Shown piece after piece: positions 51,803 through 61,016 of a DNA stretch of 63,455 nucleotides; the stretch's first letter is position 1, and every line of letters begins with the position of its first letter. Source of the stretch: Marinobacter sp. (GTDB lineage Bacteria; Pseudomonadota; Gammaproteobacteria; Pseudomonadales; Oleiphilaceae); the NCBI GenBank assembly GCA_052089485.1, contig JBQCZX010000001.1:1-63455 (forward strand). The letters run 5' to 3'. The notes beneath the pieces are model-generated. The model searched no databases. It was not told where the DNA came from and was given only the letters and a program-made list of their open reading frames with translations. The position numbers and the translations under genes are program-made.

Positions 51803-52458
51803 TGTACAGAGTAAAGGAAGCCTTTTATACGTTGCAGGGAGAGGGTGCCCAAGCGGGCCGGGCTGCGGTGTTCTGCCGGTTCAGCAAATGCAATCTGTGG
51901 ACAGGCCGGGAAAAAGACCGTGCGTCGGCGGTCTGTCATTTTTGTGATACGGACTTTGTAGGCACAGATGGCCAAAATGGTGGCGCCTTTGAAACCGCAG
52001 AGGCTCTGGCAGCCCATATTCATAGCTTGTGGCCAGATGCACCAGGGACGCCCTATGTGGTTTGCACCGGCGGAGAACCGTTATTGCAGCTAGACAAAAC
52101 GTTGATTGATGCCCTCCATCAACAGGGTTTTGAGGTGGGCGTGGAAACTAACGGCACCCTACCTGCCCCGGCCGGTATTGATTGGCTTTGCGTGAGCCCT
52201 AAGGCCGAAGCCCCTGTGGTGATTGAAGCCTGCGATGAGCTAAAGCTGGTGTACCCCCAGCCGAAAGCCCAGCCGGAAAGGTTCACTGACATGAACGCTC
52301 GGCACTTTTTTTTGTCGCCTATGGCGTCGCCGTCAGTTCCAGATGCCAGCGCAGACCCAGTGAAGCAGAGCAATACCCGTAAGGCTACGAACTACTGCCT
52401 TGCCCATCCCCGTTGGCGCCTGACTCTGCAAATGCACAAAATCATCGGCATCGACTGA
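51802..52458 (+). CDS. queE: 7-carboxy-7-deazaguanine synthase (radical SAM, CX14CX2C type)
   Basis: FYTLQGEG, CNLWTGREKDRASAVCHFC, TGGEPLLQ, ETNGT, QMHK; TGATG overlap with queC. Confidence 0.95.
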   Translation: MYRVKEAFYTLQGEGAQAGRAAVFCRFSKCNLWTGREKDRASAVCHFCDTDFVGTDGQNGGAFETAEALAAHIHSLWPDAPGTPYVVCTGGEPLLQLDKTLIDALHQQGFEVGVETNGTLPAPAGIDWLCVSPKAEAPVVIEACDELKLVYPQPKAQPERFTDMNARHFFLSPMASPSVPDASADPVKQSNTRKATNYCLAHPRWRLTLQMHKIIGID

Positions 52459-53523
52459 TTACGCGGGGGCTGCGACGCTCGGGAACACGCCAACTGAACG
52501 CTGTTTAGCCACTTTGTAATGGCTGGGGCTGACGGCTGTCCAGCGCTTGAATGCCCGGGTAAAGTTGGCGGCATCTGCGTAGCCTAAAACGTCTGCAATC
52601 TGATTCAGGGTCATACGAGTATTGGTCAGCAACGTCTGGGCACGTTCAAGTCGCACTTGATCCACAAGGTTTTGGAAGCTGGCCTTTTCTTCTTGCAACC
52701 GGCGCTTTAACGTTCGCTCAGACACAAACAAAGTGGCCGCCACCCGGGCCAGTTTTGGTGGAAACGGGTAACTGGTTTCAATCACCCGACGCACTCGGCA
52801 ATCAAAGCCCGCATCTTCTGTTAACTGCTTCAGAGCCTCCTCGCACTGGGCGCGAGAGGATTCTGCAAGCTCGTCGTCACTGAAACGTATGGGTTCCGAC
52901 AGCATGGTGGTTGGGATAACCAGTGCATCGTCTGTGGCGCCGTATTGAACCGGAATCACAATGCGCTGGCGGAAACGTTGAAAATACGAAGGCTCTGGCC
53001 CCTTTCTGAGAATTCTCGCCCCCTCGATTGCGGTACCGGTAAGTTGTTCGCCCATGAAGGCGCAGCCGAACAGCATAGAGTCCATAACAAACCCCAGTAG
53101 CGGCCCCGGGTCGCCGTCGCAGAGAATGGTGTAATGCATTTGGTCACCGTATTCGCGACGGCTGACACTCAGGTAGGGCGCCCGCAAGGTGAGGTAGCGG
53201 GTCATCAGATCCAGTGCATCCTGCAGTGTGCGGCTGCTCATGATGGCAACGCCCAAGGCCCCGTGTAGCGGCAGTTTCAGTTCGCTCGCCAGCATGATAC
53301 CAAGGCCGGGTTCGCCGCTTTCTATCATGGCACGGGTAATAAACTCACTGGCCTGCGCTTGGCTTACCCTTATATCTATGGAATTCAACCGAATGGGGTC
53401 TAGCCCGACGCGAAGCAACAGATCACGCTCGTCCAGTCCAATGGTATGTAATAGTTCGGCCAGTAGATGCAGGTAGATGGCAGGCATACCCAGATCTTGT
53501 GTGATGGAGGCAGAGACGCGCAT
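52459..53523 (-). CDS. AraC family transcriptional regulator (OruR-like)
   Basis: HGALGVAIMSSRTL N-domain; SERTLKRRL...IADVLGYADAANFTRAFKRW. Confidence 0.9.
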   Translation of the reverse strand: MRVSASITQDLGMPAIYLHLLAELLHTIGLDERDLLLRVGLDPIRLNSIDIRVSQAQASEFITRAMIESGEPGLGIMLASELKLPLHGALGVAIMSSRTLQDALDLMTRYLTLRAPYLSVSRREYGDQMHYTILCDGDPGPLLGFVMDSMLFGCAFMGEQLTGTAIEGARILRKGPEPSYFQRFRQRIVIPVQYGATDDALVIPTTMLSEPIRFSDDELAESSRAQCEEALKQLTEDAGFDCRVRRVIETSYPFPPKLARVAATLFVSERTLKRRLQEEKASFQNLVDQVRLERAQTLLTNTRMTLNQIADVLGYADAANFTRAFKRWTAVSPSHYKVAKQRSVGVFPSVAAPA

Positions 53524-53687
53524 GAGAGTCCTTGTTAGAAATTCTTTTTTATCAGACGTAGTAAATGCTGTCTTTGATTATGACCCTTACAGAACCTTGC
53601 CCCCATGACTTTAATGACGCGTCAATGGGCACGAGAGGCCAATTGGTGGGTATCTTGGCGGAATCTATCGGGCATATGAGGGCGCGG

Positions 53688-55451
53688 TCAGAGCCGGATA
53701 TCAGTAATCACTGGGTTGTGATCAGAGGAGCGCCAGGGCGACGCGATCGTGTCGGGTAGGTTGATTTTGTATCCTAGTGCCGGTGGCTCGTCGGCGTTGA
53801 TAGCCCAGGTTCGGGCCTCGAGAACCCTGTCCTTGAGCGACGCCGAGGCAAGAGCGTAATCCAGCGATCCTTTCTCACCCTTGTACCTGTACGTGTAATG
53901 GTCGCACTGTTGCGCGGTGCAGGGATGAAATTGGTGCACCATGCTGGTGTATCCTGCGCGTTGCAGAACCTGCAGCGGCGCTTCGCGGAAATAACTGTTG
54001 AGATCGCCGGTGATCAGTGTGCCGGCAAGATCGGGAATTTCTGGTAGCTGCTCAATCCATTTCACAAGAGCATGAGCTTCGCTGGCTCGGCGCTTGGCAT
54101 AGCAGCCCTGGCCGTCATTTCGGTCACGATTGCCGCCCTCGGCCCCTTTGCAGGATTTTGATTTCAGGTGTGGCACGACTACCTGAATGGCCAGGCGCTG
54201 GCCTTCTGGCCGGAAGGTCTGTGCCAATGGGGGCCGGCCTTTTTTGTTGAACAAGCCGGTATTCAGACGTTCGGGGTGCGTCTCAGCTACGATGCGATCG
54301 CTGCGGTACAGCAATCCGGTGCGTATCTGATCGCTGCCATCGGCACCAGGGGTCTCAACAACGGTCCATTTGGGACCGAGCGCGAGGGCAAGCTGAGCGA
54401 TTGCGCTGGTGTCGCCATAACCGTCGTTCTCCAGCTCAGTCACGGCCAAAATATCCGGATCTGGGCGGCGTAGAGCCTCTATTAACCGTCGGTGCTGTAT
54501 CTCAAGTGCCAGAGCAGTTGGTGCGCCGCGGGCTGTTGGAAAACCTTCACCCTCACCATCGCCATTAAAGTAGTTCTCTAGGTTCATGCTCATAATCCGA
54601 ACATGAGGCTCAACGGGCCGCGCAGGCGCTGAAGGCCTAATGTTCACCGCCTCAAAAACCGGCTGCTTTTCTGGCTGTATTCGCCAGGCTTCAAACCGAT
54701 AGTCAAGAATGCCGGCAAGTTCGCTGATCTTGTCGCCACTGCGAACCGTATTGTCGCCACTCAAACCGTCGGGAGGCCAAGGAGTTGGGTTGGGTTGGCG
54801 AACATGGCGGCCATCGTCCAGCAGTATTCTTTGTTGCCGGTTGCGGTTGGCAATTTGTGCTGCCTGTGGGCCGGGCTCCAAATATTCTGTAGGCACCACC
54901 TGATCGCCGGCCGCCAGTGTGAGCTCGCCAAAACGGGCCAGATTCCAGGAATCAATAACGGTTAACGACTGGGCCAGGCTAACGCGCATGTTTTCGAGGG
55001 ATTCGAGAGCGTCTGGCCACAGTAGCGTTAGAACCTGAGCTTTTGGGAGGGGTGCGGAGCCGCAGGCTGTAATGGATCGAACGTTCGCCAGCTCGGTTAG
55101 GCCATGGAACTCTTTTACGGTACCCGTCACGCGCAGGCGTTCGCCTGGTTCACCCGCTGTCTTGCTGGTATAAACAAACAGGGCTTCGGAGGTTTCGGGG
55201 TTGCCGTCGGTTTCGCCATCTGCCTGTTGTAGGTAAAAGCCATCAAGCCCGCCGTTCATGCGAGCGTCGAAGGTGAGTACGCCCTCAACCGTTGCTTTAT
55301 GGCCAGCCAGTGGAGAGGTGTCACCGTCGCCCTGAATCTTGGAAATTGGTGTCGCTGAGCTGCCACAGGCTCCCGCTGCCGTTACCTGTGAGGCTGGTAG
55401 CAGCAACAAAAAAAGAGCGACGGCACGAATCGTTCGTGTGTTTGAGTTCAC
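53688..55451 (-). CDS. ExeM/NucH family extracellular endonuclease
   Basis: Signal peptide; OB-fold GFYLQ..DGNPETSEALFVY; NLENYFNG, HLKSK, GDLNSY, GSLDY, SSDHNPV. Confidence 0.92.
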   Translation of the reverse strand: MNSNTRTIRAVALFLLLLPASQVTAAGACGSSATPISKIQGDGDTSPLAGHKATVEGVLTFDARMNGGLDGFYLQQADGETDGNPETSEALFVYTSKTAGEPGERLRVTGTVKEFHGLTELANVRSITACGSAPLPKAQVLTLLWPDALESLENMRVSLAQSLTVIDSWNLARFGELTLAAGDQVVPTEYLEPGPQAAQIANRNRQQRILLDDGRHVRQPNPTPWPPDGLSGDNTVRSGDKISELAGILDYRFEAWRIQPEKQPVFEAVNIRPSAPARPVEPHVRIMSMNLENYFNGDGEGEGFPTARGAPTALALEIQHRRLIEALRRPDPDILAVTELENDGYGDTSAIAQLALALGPKWTVVETPGADGSDQIRTGLLYRSDRIVAETHPERLNTGLFNKKGRPPLAQTFRPEGQRLAIQVVVPHLKSKSCKGAEGGNRDRNDGQGCYAKRRASEAHALVKWIEQLPEIPDLAGTLITGDLNSYFREAPLQVLQRAGYTSMVHQFHPCTAQQCDHYTYRYKGEKGSLDYALASASLKDRVLEARTWAINADEPPALGYKINLPDTIASPWRSSDHNPVITDIRL

Positions 55452-55467
55452 GCTGGGCGCTTAAAGG

Positions 55468-56370
55468 CTAGCTGAGGCCGGCGACGGCTTTCAGGGCGCG
55501 CTCGCGTTTGCTACCAAACCCGAGTTGATCTGGATTGACCAGTTCAAGCTGCTGAATCAGCGGGTCAGGATGTTGATTGTCTAAAGTGATCCCCAGTTGC
55601 GACAAAACATATGGCGCCAGAGCGGCCCTGGCGTCAACGATCAAGCGGCCATTCTCCATGCCGTAATCCAGCGCGATGATCTTTTGCTGGGCTTCGGTCA
55701 GGCGGCCATCGGGGGATATCATCATTGTGACGTTGCGGTTCCAGTCATCATCTTGCTGGCCGGTATGTTTGGCTTTTTGTCGCAGAGCCGTAGGCGCTGA
55801 GTGGAAACGGCTGAGGGCAAAATCGCGGAATTCGCGATTGGAGTCACACCACGCACGCAGATGCCAGTTGTTGCCCGTACACACCAGTGTATGGGGCTCA
55901 AGAATACCCTCTACGGCCTCAGGACGGCTCAGGGACGAGTAGCTTGCCCTTAGTTGTCGGCCATGGCGGGTTGCGGCGACCACAGACCGCATAGTCTCTG
56001 GCGCAATGACCCGGTTGGGGCCGTACACAACCGTGTTATCTGGCAGACCAACCTCAAGGGTTTCAAACGTACTGCTGAGGTTTTGCTGTCGTGCAAGCAG
56101 ATCTTGGTATTCGCTGACATGTCCGCGAGTTACTGCCGGCTTGTAACTGGCCGAGGGTACGTAACCCTTGAGGTGGCGATCATAAACAAGATTACCTGGG
56201 GCAAGTTCGCGCAGGTAGGTATTTATGTCTTTGGATGCCTGCTGTCTGCCGATACCAAAGCTATGGCATATGTGGTTTGTTGTCAGCCGACCTTCCCACA
56301 GTGCGATGGTTTCAATGAGTCGGTAGCGAAGAAGCAGGTCCCATCGGATGGGCCAGTCCGTTTTTTTCAT
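55468..56370 (-). CDS. wHTH-WYL transcriptional regulator (CapW/BrxR-like)
   Basis: LWEGRLTT...FGIGRQQASKDI HTH; EPHTL...WHLRAWC...FRDFALSR WYL. Confidence 0.88.
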   Translation of the reverse strand: MKKTDWPIRWDLLLRYRLIETIALWEGRLTTNHICHSFGIGRQQASKDINTYLRELAPGNLVYDRHLKGYVPSASYKPAVTRGHVSEYQDLLARQQNLSSTFETLEVGLPDNTVVYGPNRVIAPETMRSVVAATRHGRQLRASYSSLSRPEAVEGILEPHTLVCTGNNWHLRAWCDSNREFRDFALSRFHSAPTALRQKAKHTGQQDDDWNRNVTMMISPDGRLTEAQQKIIALDYGMENGRLIVDARAALAPYVLSQLGITLDNQHPDPLIQQLELVNPDQLGFGSKRERALKAVAGLS

Positions 56371-56591
56371 AACCAGACGCTCACGAGTATATTGAATAAT
56401 TAGAATTTATATTACCTCCTAAGGCTCGGTAGGTCTGTTACGGCGCATTAATGTAAAACTTTGTGAAACGACGCCGCAGCCGCTTTTGGCGCTCTCGGGC
56501 AGGCGCTTTGTGGAGCTTCGGCAAGTGCGTATTAGGCACATATTAAAACGGCTGGTGTAATACGCTGCCAGCAATATCCGGAGTGCCCGTA

Positions 56592-57842
56592 ATGACCCGA
56601 ATGGTCGCTTCCCTATCTGCTCTTCTTTTGAGTATCGTTTTGCTGGTCAGCGGAAATGCTTTCCTGATGACGTTGCTGGGCATCCGCCTGAGTATTGAGT
56701 CGGTTTCTCCCGACATTATTGGCTGGGTGTTGGTCTGCTACTCCGTAGGTTTTGTTCTGGGCACCCTTTATGTGCACCAGATCATCGGCACCGTTGGCCA
56801 TATTCGCGCATTTGCAGCGTTCGCAGCCATTGCGGCGGTTGTGTCGCTGATGTACCCCATGGCCATTTCCATGGTGTTTTGGGCGTGTCTGCGGGTGCTT
56901 TCGGGCTTCAGTATTGCCGGTGTTTTGGTGGTGATTGAGAGCTGGTTCTCTAGTCGAGCCAACAATAGTAATCGCGGTGCGCTGTTTGCCGTCTACCAGA
57001 TTGTTTTTTATCTCTCTGCGGCGTTTGGCCAGCTGATCATTAACGTGGGTGATCCGTCCAATTTTATGCCGTTTTCGCTGGCTGCCATTCTACTGGCGCT
57101 GGCGTTGGTTCCTCTCGCCTTAACCCGGATGGAGGCGCCGAATATTGAGCCGGTTCAGCGCATCTCATTTTTTACCCTTGGGCGCGAGTCGTTTACGGGT
57201 GTTTCGGGCGCTGTGATCAGCGGCGTGCTGATTGGCGGGTTTTACGCGTTGGGGCCTGTATACGCCACGCTGATGGGGCTTGATATTGCTAAAACATCAA
57301 CGTTTATGGCCAGTGCCATTGTTGCGGCAATGCTTCTGGCTTGGCCATTGGGGCGGCTGTGCGATCGCTTTGATCGTCGTCGTGTGATGTTCTGGGTGGC
57401 GCTTTGTGCCGCTCTTGCAGCGGTAAGTGTTAGCTTTACCGGGACGAGTAATTTATGGACGCTCACGCTTCTTGTGGGGGTGTTCACCGGTCTTTCAGCA
57501 ATGATCTATCCAATTTCTGTTGCGATTACCAACGACCGCATGGAAAGCACCCGTATTGTTGCAGCCAGCGCCACGCTGTTGCTCAGTTACGGAGTTGGCA
57601 GTGTTGTTGGCCCCATCGTTATGGCTGAGCTGATCAACCTGATGGGCCCCAAAGGCTTGTTTCTAGGTAACGCCGGGTTCTTGCTGATTCTGGCAGTGAT
57701 CACGTCTTTACGCATCACTTACACTGAAGATGTGGCGGTGGGGGATCAGGAGCATTATGTGCCAGCCATGCCCGAGACCTCTGCTGTGCTAACCGAAATA
57801 GATCCGCGGAATACGGAGTTTCACGAATCTCCAAAGGGGTGA
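56592..57842 (+). CDS. MFS transporter (YcaD-like)
   Basis: VGHIRAFAAFA, VIESW, WPLGRLCDRFDRR; about 12 TM. Confidence 0.87.
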   Translation: MTRMVASLSALLLSIVLLVSGNAFLMTLLGIRLSIESVSPDIIGWVLVCYSVGFVLGTLYVHQIIGTVGHIRAFAAFAAIAAVVSLMYPMAISMVFWACLRVLSGFSIAGVLVVIESWFSSRANNSNRGALFAVYQIVFYLSAAFGQLIINVGDPSNFMPFSLAAILLALALVPLALTRMEAPNIEPVQRISFFTLGRESFTGVSGAVISGVLIGGFYALGPVYATLMGLDIAKTSTFMASAIVAAMLLAWPLGRLCDRFDRRRVMFWVALCAALAAVSVSFTGTSNLWTLTLLVGVFTGLSAMIYPISVAITNDRMESTRIVAASATLLLSYGVGSVVGPIVMAELINLMGPKGLFLGNAGFLLILAVITSLRITYTEDVAVGDQEHYVPAMPETSAVLTEIDPRNTEFHESPKG

Positions 57843-57901
57843 GCAGTCTTACGACTTTTCCCAATTCTATTTTTGCCTTGTGTCTGTTTTTATTACAATG
57901 A

Positions 57902-57913
57902 TTAGCTTACTAT
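57902..57913. promoter_or_regulatory. Putative MarR/SlyA autoregulatory box
   Basis: TTAGCTTACTAT, one mismatch from TTAG-N4-CTAA, about 45 bp upstream of the MarR start. Confidence 0.45.
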
Positions 57914-57958
57914 TGGTAGCATTCGCATAATGTAAGCCTTTTGGTCGGAGTCGTAACC

Positions 57959-58384
57959 ATGAAAGAGCAGTTCCCATTTGCCGTCGCCCGGGTAACACGG
58001 CGCTGGCGCAAGTTATTAGATGAACGCCTGAAAGACTTGGGTGTTACTCAGGCCCGTTGGACCACCATGGTTTATCTGCAGGAGGGCGGCGAAGGCCTGA
58101 CCCAGCGTGAGCTAGCCAGCTTGATGGCCATTGAAAACCCAACGCTTGTGCGCCTGCTAGACAGCTTGGAACAACAAGAGTTGATTGAGCGGCGGGCCTG
58201 CCCTAATGATCGCCGTGCTCGGCGTCTGCATCTTACCGATGGCGGGCGAGATTTCATGGAAGTGCTATCTGCCCGGGCCAACGAGCTACGGGACGGAATG
58301 CTTGATGGCGTAAACGACGATGATATTGGTGTCGCGTTGAAAGTGTTCCATAAAATTATGGAAAATGCGGAAAAGCAGAAGTAA
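57959..58384 (+). CDS. MarR family regulator (SlyA-like)
   Basis: RRWRKLLDERLKDLGVTQARW...QRELA..IENPTLVRLLD..DRRAR. Confidence 0.9.
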   Translation: MKEQFPFAVARVTRRWRKLLDERLKDLGVTQARWTTMVYLQEGGEGLTQRELASLMAIENPTLVRLLDSLEQQELIERRACPNDRRARRLHLTDGGRDFMEVLSARANELRDGMLDGVNDDDIGVALKVFHKIMENAEKQK

Positions 58385-58387
58385 TCC

Positions 58388-59779
58388 TTGAGAGATAATT
58401 CCGTTGAGGGCTTAACCGCCCGTTATGGCGCCAACTGGCGCTGGCTGGCTGTTAGTACGGTAATGCTGGGAACCATCGCTACCGTATTGAGTGCCACAGT
58501 GGTGAACGTTGCGCTCCACGAAATCATGGTGGAATTCGGTATTCGTCAAGGCCAGGTGCACTGGCTGGCCACCGGATTTATCGCGGCCATGACAACAACC
58601 ATGCTGGCCTCTTCGTGGTTGCTGGATCACTTTGGTGTGCGCAAGACCCTGGCCTTTGCCATGGCCATGTTTACGTTGATCTCGCTGGCTGGCGGATTTG
58701 CCAGCTCGCCGGGCCAGTTGATTGCTGCCCGTATTGGCCAAGGAGCTATGGCCGGCCTGATGCAGCCCATGGGCATGTACTTGGTGTTCCGCATATTCCC
58801 CCGCAATCGGCGCGGTCAGGCTATGGGTATCTATGGTATGGGGGTTGTTCTGGCGCCGGCACTCGGGCCGGTGTTAGGCGGTTTCCTGGTAGATCAACTG
58901 GACTGGCGTTTCGTGATGTTTGCACCGGCACCGGTTACGGTCATTGGCGCACTTATGGCGCTACGGTTTCTGCCTACCCCTGATTCCCGACCAATCCCTT
59001 ACCGTTTTGACCTACTTGGGCTGGTACTGCTGGGAGCAACCATCGGGTTTTCTCTCGATACCCTGAACCGCTTGCAGAGTCTGGACGGCCAAGAAACTCG
59101 GGTTGCCATCGAAGGGCTTGTGGCACTGGTATTTCTGGTTATGTTTATATTGCGCGAAAAGCGCATAAAACACCCCCTGGTTAATATCAGCTTGCTGCGC
59201 CGGCCCAGTTTCCTGTACGCCAATCTGGGCGCTATGGCGATGGGGTTGGCCCTGTTTGGCTCCACCTACCTGATACCGCTGTACGTTCAGACGGCCTTGG
59301 GCTACACAGCTACAAAAGCGGGCTTGCTGATGCTGCCGGCAGGTATTGTTCTTGGTATGACATTCCCGTTAGCAGGAAGGCTGGCGGATCGAGGGAGCGC
59401 CCGTAAGCTGGTTGTCTTCGGCATGGCGGTGTTTGCTTCATCAGCCATCCTGTTTGCGTTATCCGACCTAACCTTGGCCTTCGGCTGGCTTGCGCTGTGG
59501 ACTGTATTCGGCCGGATAGGCATCGGGTTTATGTTACCGTCTTTGTCCATAGGTGCTCTGAACCCACTTGAACCCGCAGAGCTGGGCGCTGGCTCCAGTA
59601 CCATCAACTTTACCCGTCAACTGGGTGGAGCTTTCGGGGTAAACATTGTGGCATTGACCATTGAGTTCGGCGAGCATAGCGGCGGTGCACCCACAATCAG
59701 TGCCTTTCACACGGCCTGGTGGCTGGTTGCCGTATTTGTAGTTATTGCCGTTGTACCCGTTTGGCGAATGCGCGTGTAG
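58388..59779 (+). CDS. DHA2 family MFS efflux permease
   Basis: ATVVNVAL, RIGQG, APALGPVLGG, RQLGGAFG; about 14 TM; TTG start. Confidence 0.9.
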   Translation: MRDNSVEGLTARYGANWRWLAVSTVMLGTIATVLSATVVNVALHEIMVEFGIRQGQVHWLATGFIAAMTTTMLASSWLLDHFGVRKTLAFAMAMFTLISLAGGFASSPGQLIAARIGQGAMAGLMQPMGMYLVFRIFPRNRRGQAMGIYGMGVVLAPALGPVLGGFLVDQLDWRFVMFAPAPVTVIGALMALRFLPTPDSRPIPYRFDLLGLVLLGATIGFSLDTLNRLQSLDGQETRVAIEGLVALVFLVMFILREKRIKHPLVNISLLRRPSFLYANLGAMAMGLALFGSTYLIPLYVQTALGYTATKAGLLMLPAGIVLGMTFPLAGRLADRGSARKLVVFGMAVFASSAILFALSDLTLAFGWLALWTVFGRIGIGFMLPSLSIGALNPLEPAELGAGSSTINFTRQLGGAFGVNIVALTIEFGEHSGGAPTISAFHTAWWLVAVFVVIAVVPVWRMRV

Positions 59780-59853
59780 ACTTGTGGGTTGTTGGCCTGG
59801 AACTCCTGAGGGTATTGGCTGTCACTGAACGCTAAGAAACTGATTTTTCTGGA

Positions 59854-60900
59854 ATGAAATTTATGGGATTTATCAAGTGCTCAGCACTGGTGCTGGCCGG
59901 AGTCCTGGCATTGCAGCCGGTGTGGGCAGCGGTGCAGGCCAGTACGCCTGAAAAGGCCGGAGTGCCCGATCGCAGCCCACGGGTACCGACGCTCAAGATA
60001 AACGGCGACCTGGCCGGGCGGCTGGGTGTGTTCACCACGCGTTACGAAGACACCTTTGCGGCAGTGGGCAATCAGCTGGCGCTAGGCTATCTCGAATTGG
60101 TGAAAGCCAACCCGGGCGTAGATCCGTGGTTACCCGGTGAAGGCACCACAATTACGTTGCCGCGCCAGTATGTTATTCCAGAAGCCCGCCGGGAAGGCAT
60201 CGTGATTAACCTGGCTGAGTACCGCCTTTACTATTTTACCGGCGACAGCGTAGAGGTTTATCCGGTTGGCGTTGGCACAACGGACAACCCATCTCCGCTG
60301 GCCGATGCGAAGGTGACTATGCCGCTGGAGTCGCCAGCATGGTACCCCCCCGCCAGCATCCGTGCAGAGCGTGAGGCGTCTGGTGACCCGCTGCCTCGAA
60401 TGATCCCCCCCGGCCCGGGCAATCCGTTGGGCAGCCATGCCCTGATGCTGAGCGAGAAGGGCTATTTAATTCACGGCACCAACAAACAGTTTGGTGTAGG
60501 CATGCCGGTTAGCCACGGCTGTTTCCGCATGTATAACGAGGACATCTCCCGTTTTGCCTATCAGGTGGGTGCAGGCACATCTGTTCAAATTGTTAACGAT
60601 CCCGTAAAGCTGGGGATCTCCGGCGGCGAAGTGTGGCTTGAAGTTCATCGCCCCCACGAAGATTACAGCCAGCAGGATCGGGATCGTTTGTGGGGAGAAG
60701 TTCTGCAGGAAGTTGCGGAATTCCGCCAGAGGCATCCAAATGTTGAAGTTCAGCGCAGAGCAATTGAGCTGGCGGTAGACCAAGCAGACGGCATTCCTGC
60801 TATGGTTGGAGAACAAATCGTACACATGGCGTCCGAGAAAGGGTCTAAAGACACACAGCCTAGAGGATCGAAAGAGCAGGAACAGAAGCTGTATTTCTGA
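59854..60900 (+). CDS. L,D-transpeptidase (YkuD/ErfK family)
   Basis: ANPGVDPWLP, INLAEYRLY, PPGPGNPLG, IHGTN...SHGCFRM. Confidence 0.93.
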   Translation: MKFMGFIKCSALVLAGVLALQPVWAAVQASTPEKAGVPDRSPRVPTLKINGDLAGRLGVFTTRYEDTFAAVGNQLALGYLELVKANPGVDPWLPGEGTTITLPRQYVIPEARREGIVINLAEYRLYYFTGDSVEVYPVGVGTTDNPSPLADAKVTMPLESPAWYPPASIRAEREASGDPLPRMIPPGPGNPLGSHALMLSEKGYLIHGTNKQFGVGMPVSHGCFRMYNEDISRFAYQVGAGTSVQIVNDPVKLGISGGEVWLEVHRPHEDYSQQDRDRLWGEVLQEVAEFRQRHPNVEVQRRAIELAVDQADGIPAMVGEQIVHMASEKGSKDTQPRGSKEQEQKLYF

Positions 60901-61016
60901 CGTTCCGTTTTGAACCCACTTGGTCGTGGGCGCGTATAGGTTTGGTACTGAGGTGTTTGCCGGTTTCGGCGTTCGCCCGGCTGTTCTGATCACTCTTCCG
61001 GATTCAGGGAGGCGAT

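Noticed and set aside
56371-56420. WYL operator palindrome
   Set aside because: AT-rich with TATATT repeats, but no inverted repeat clean enough to call
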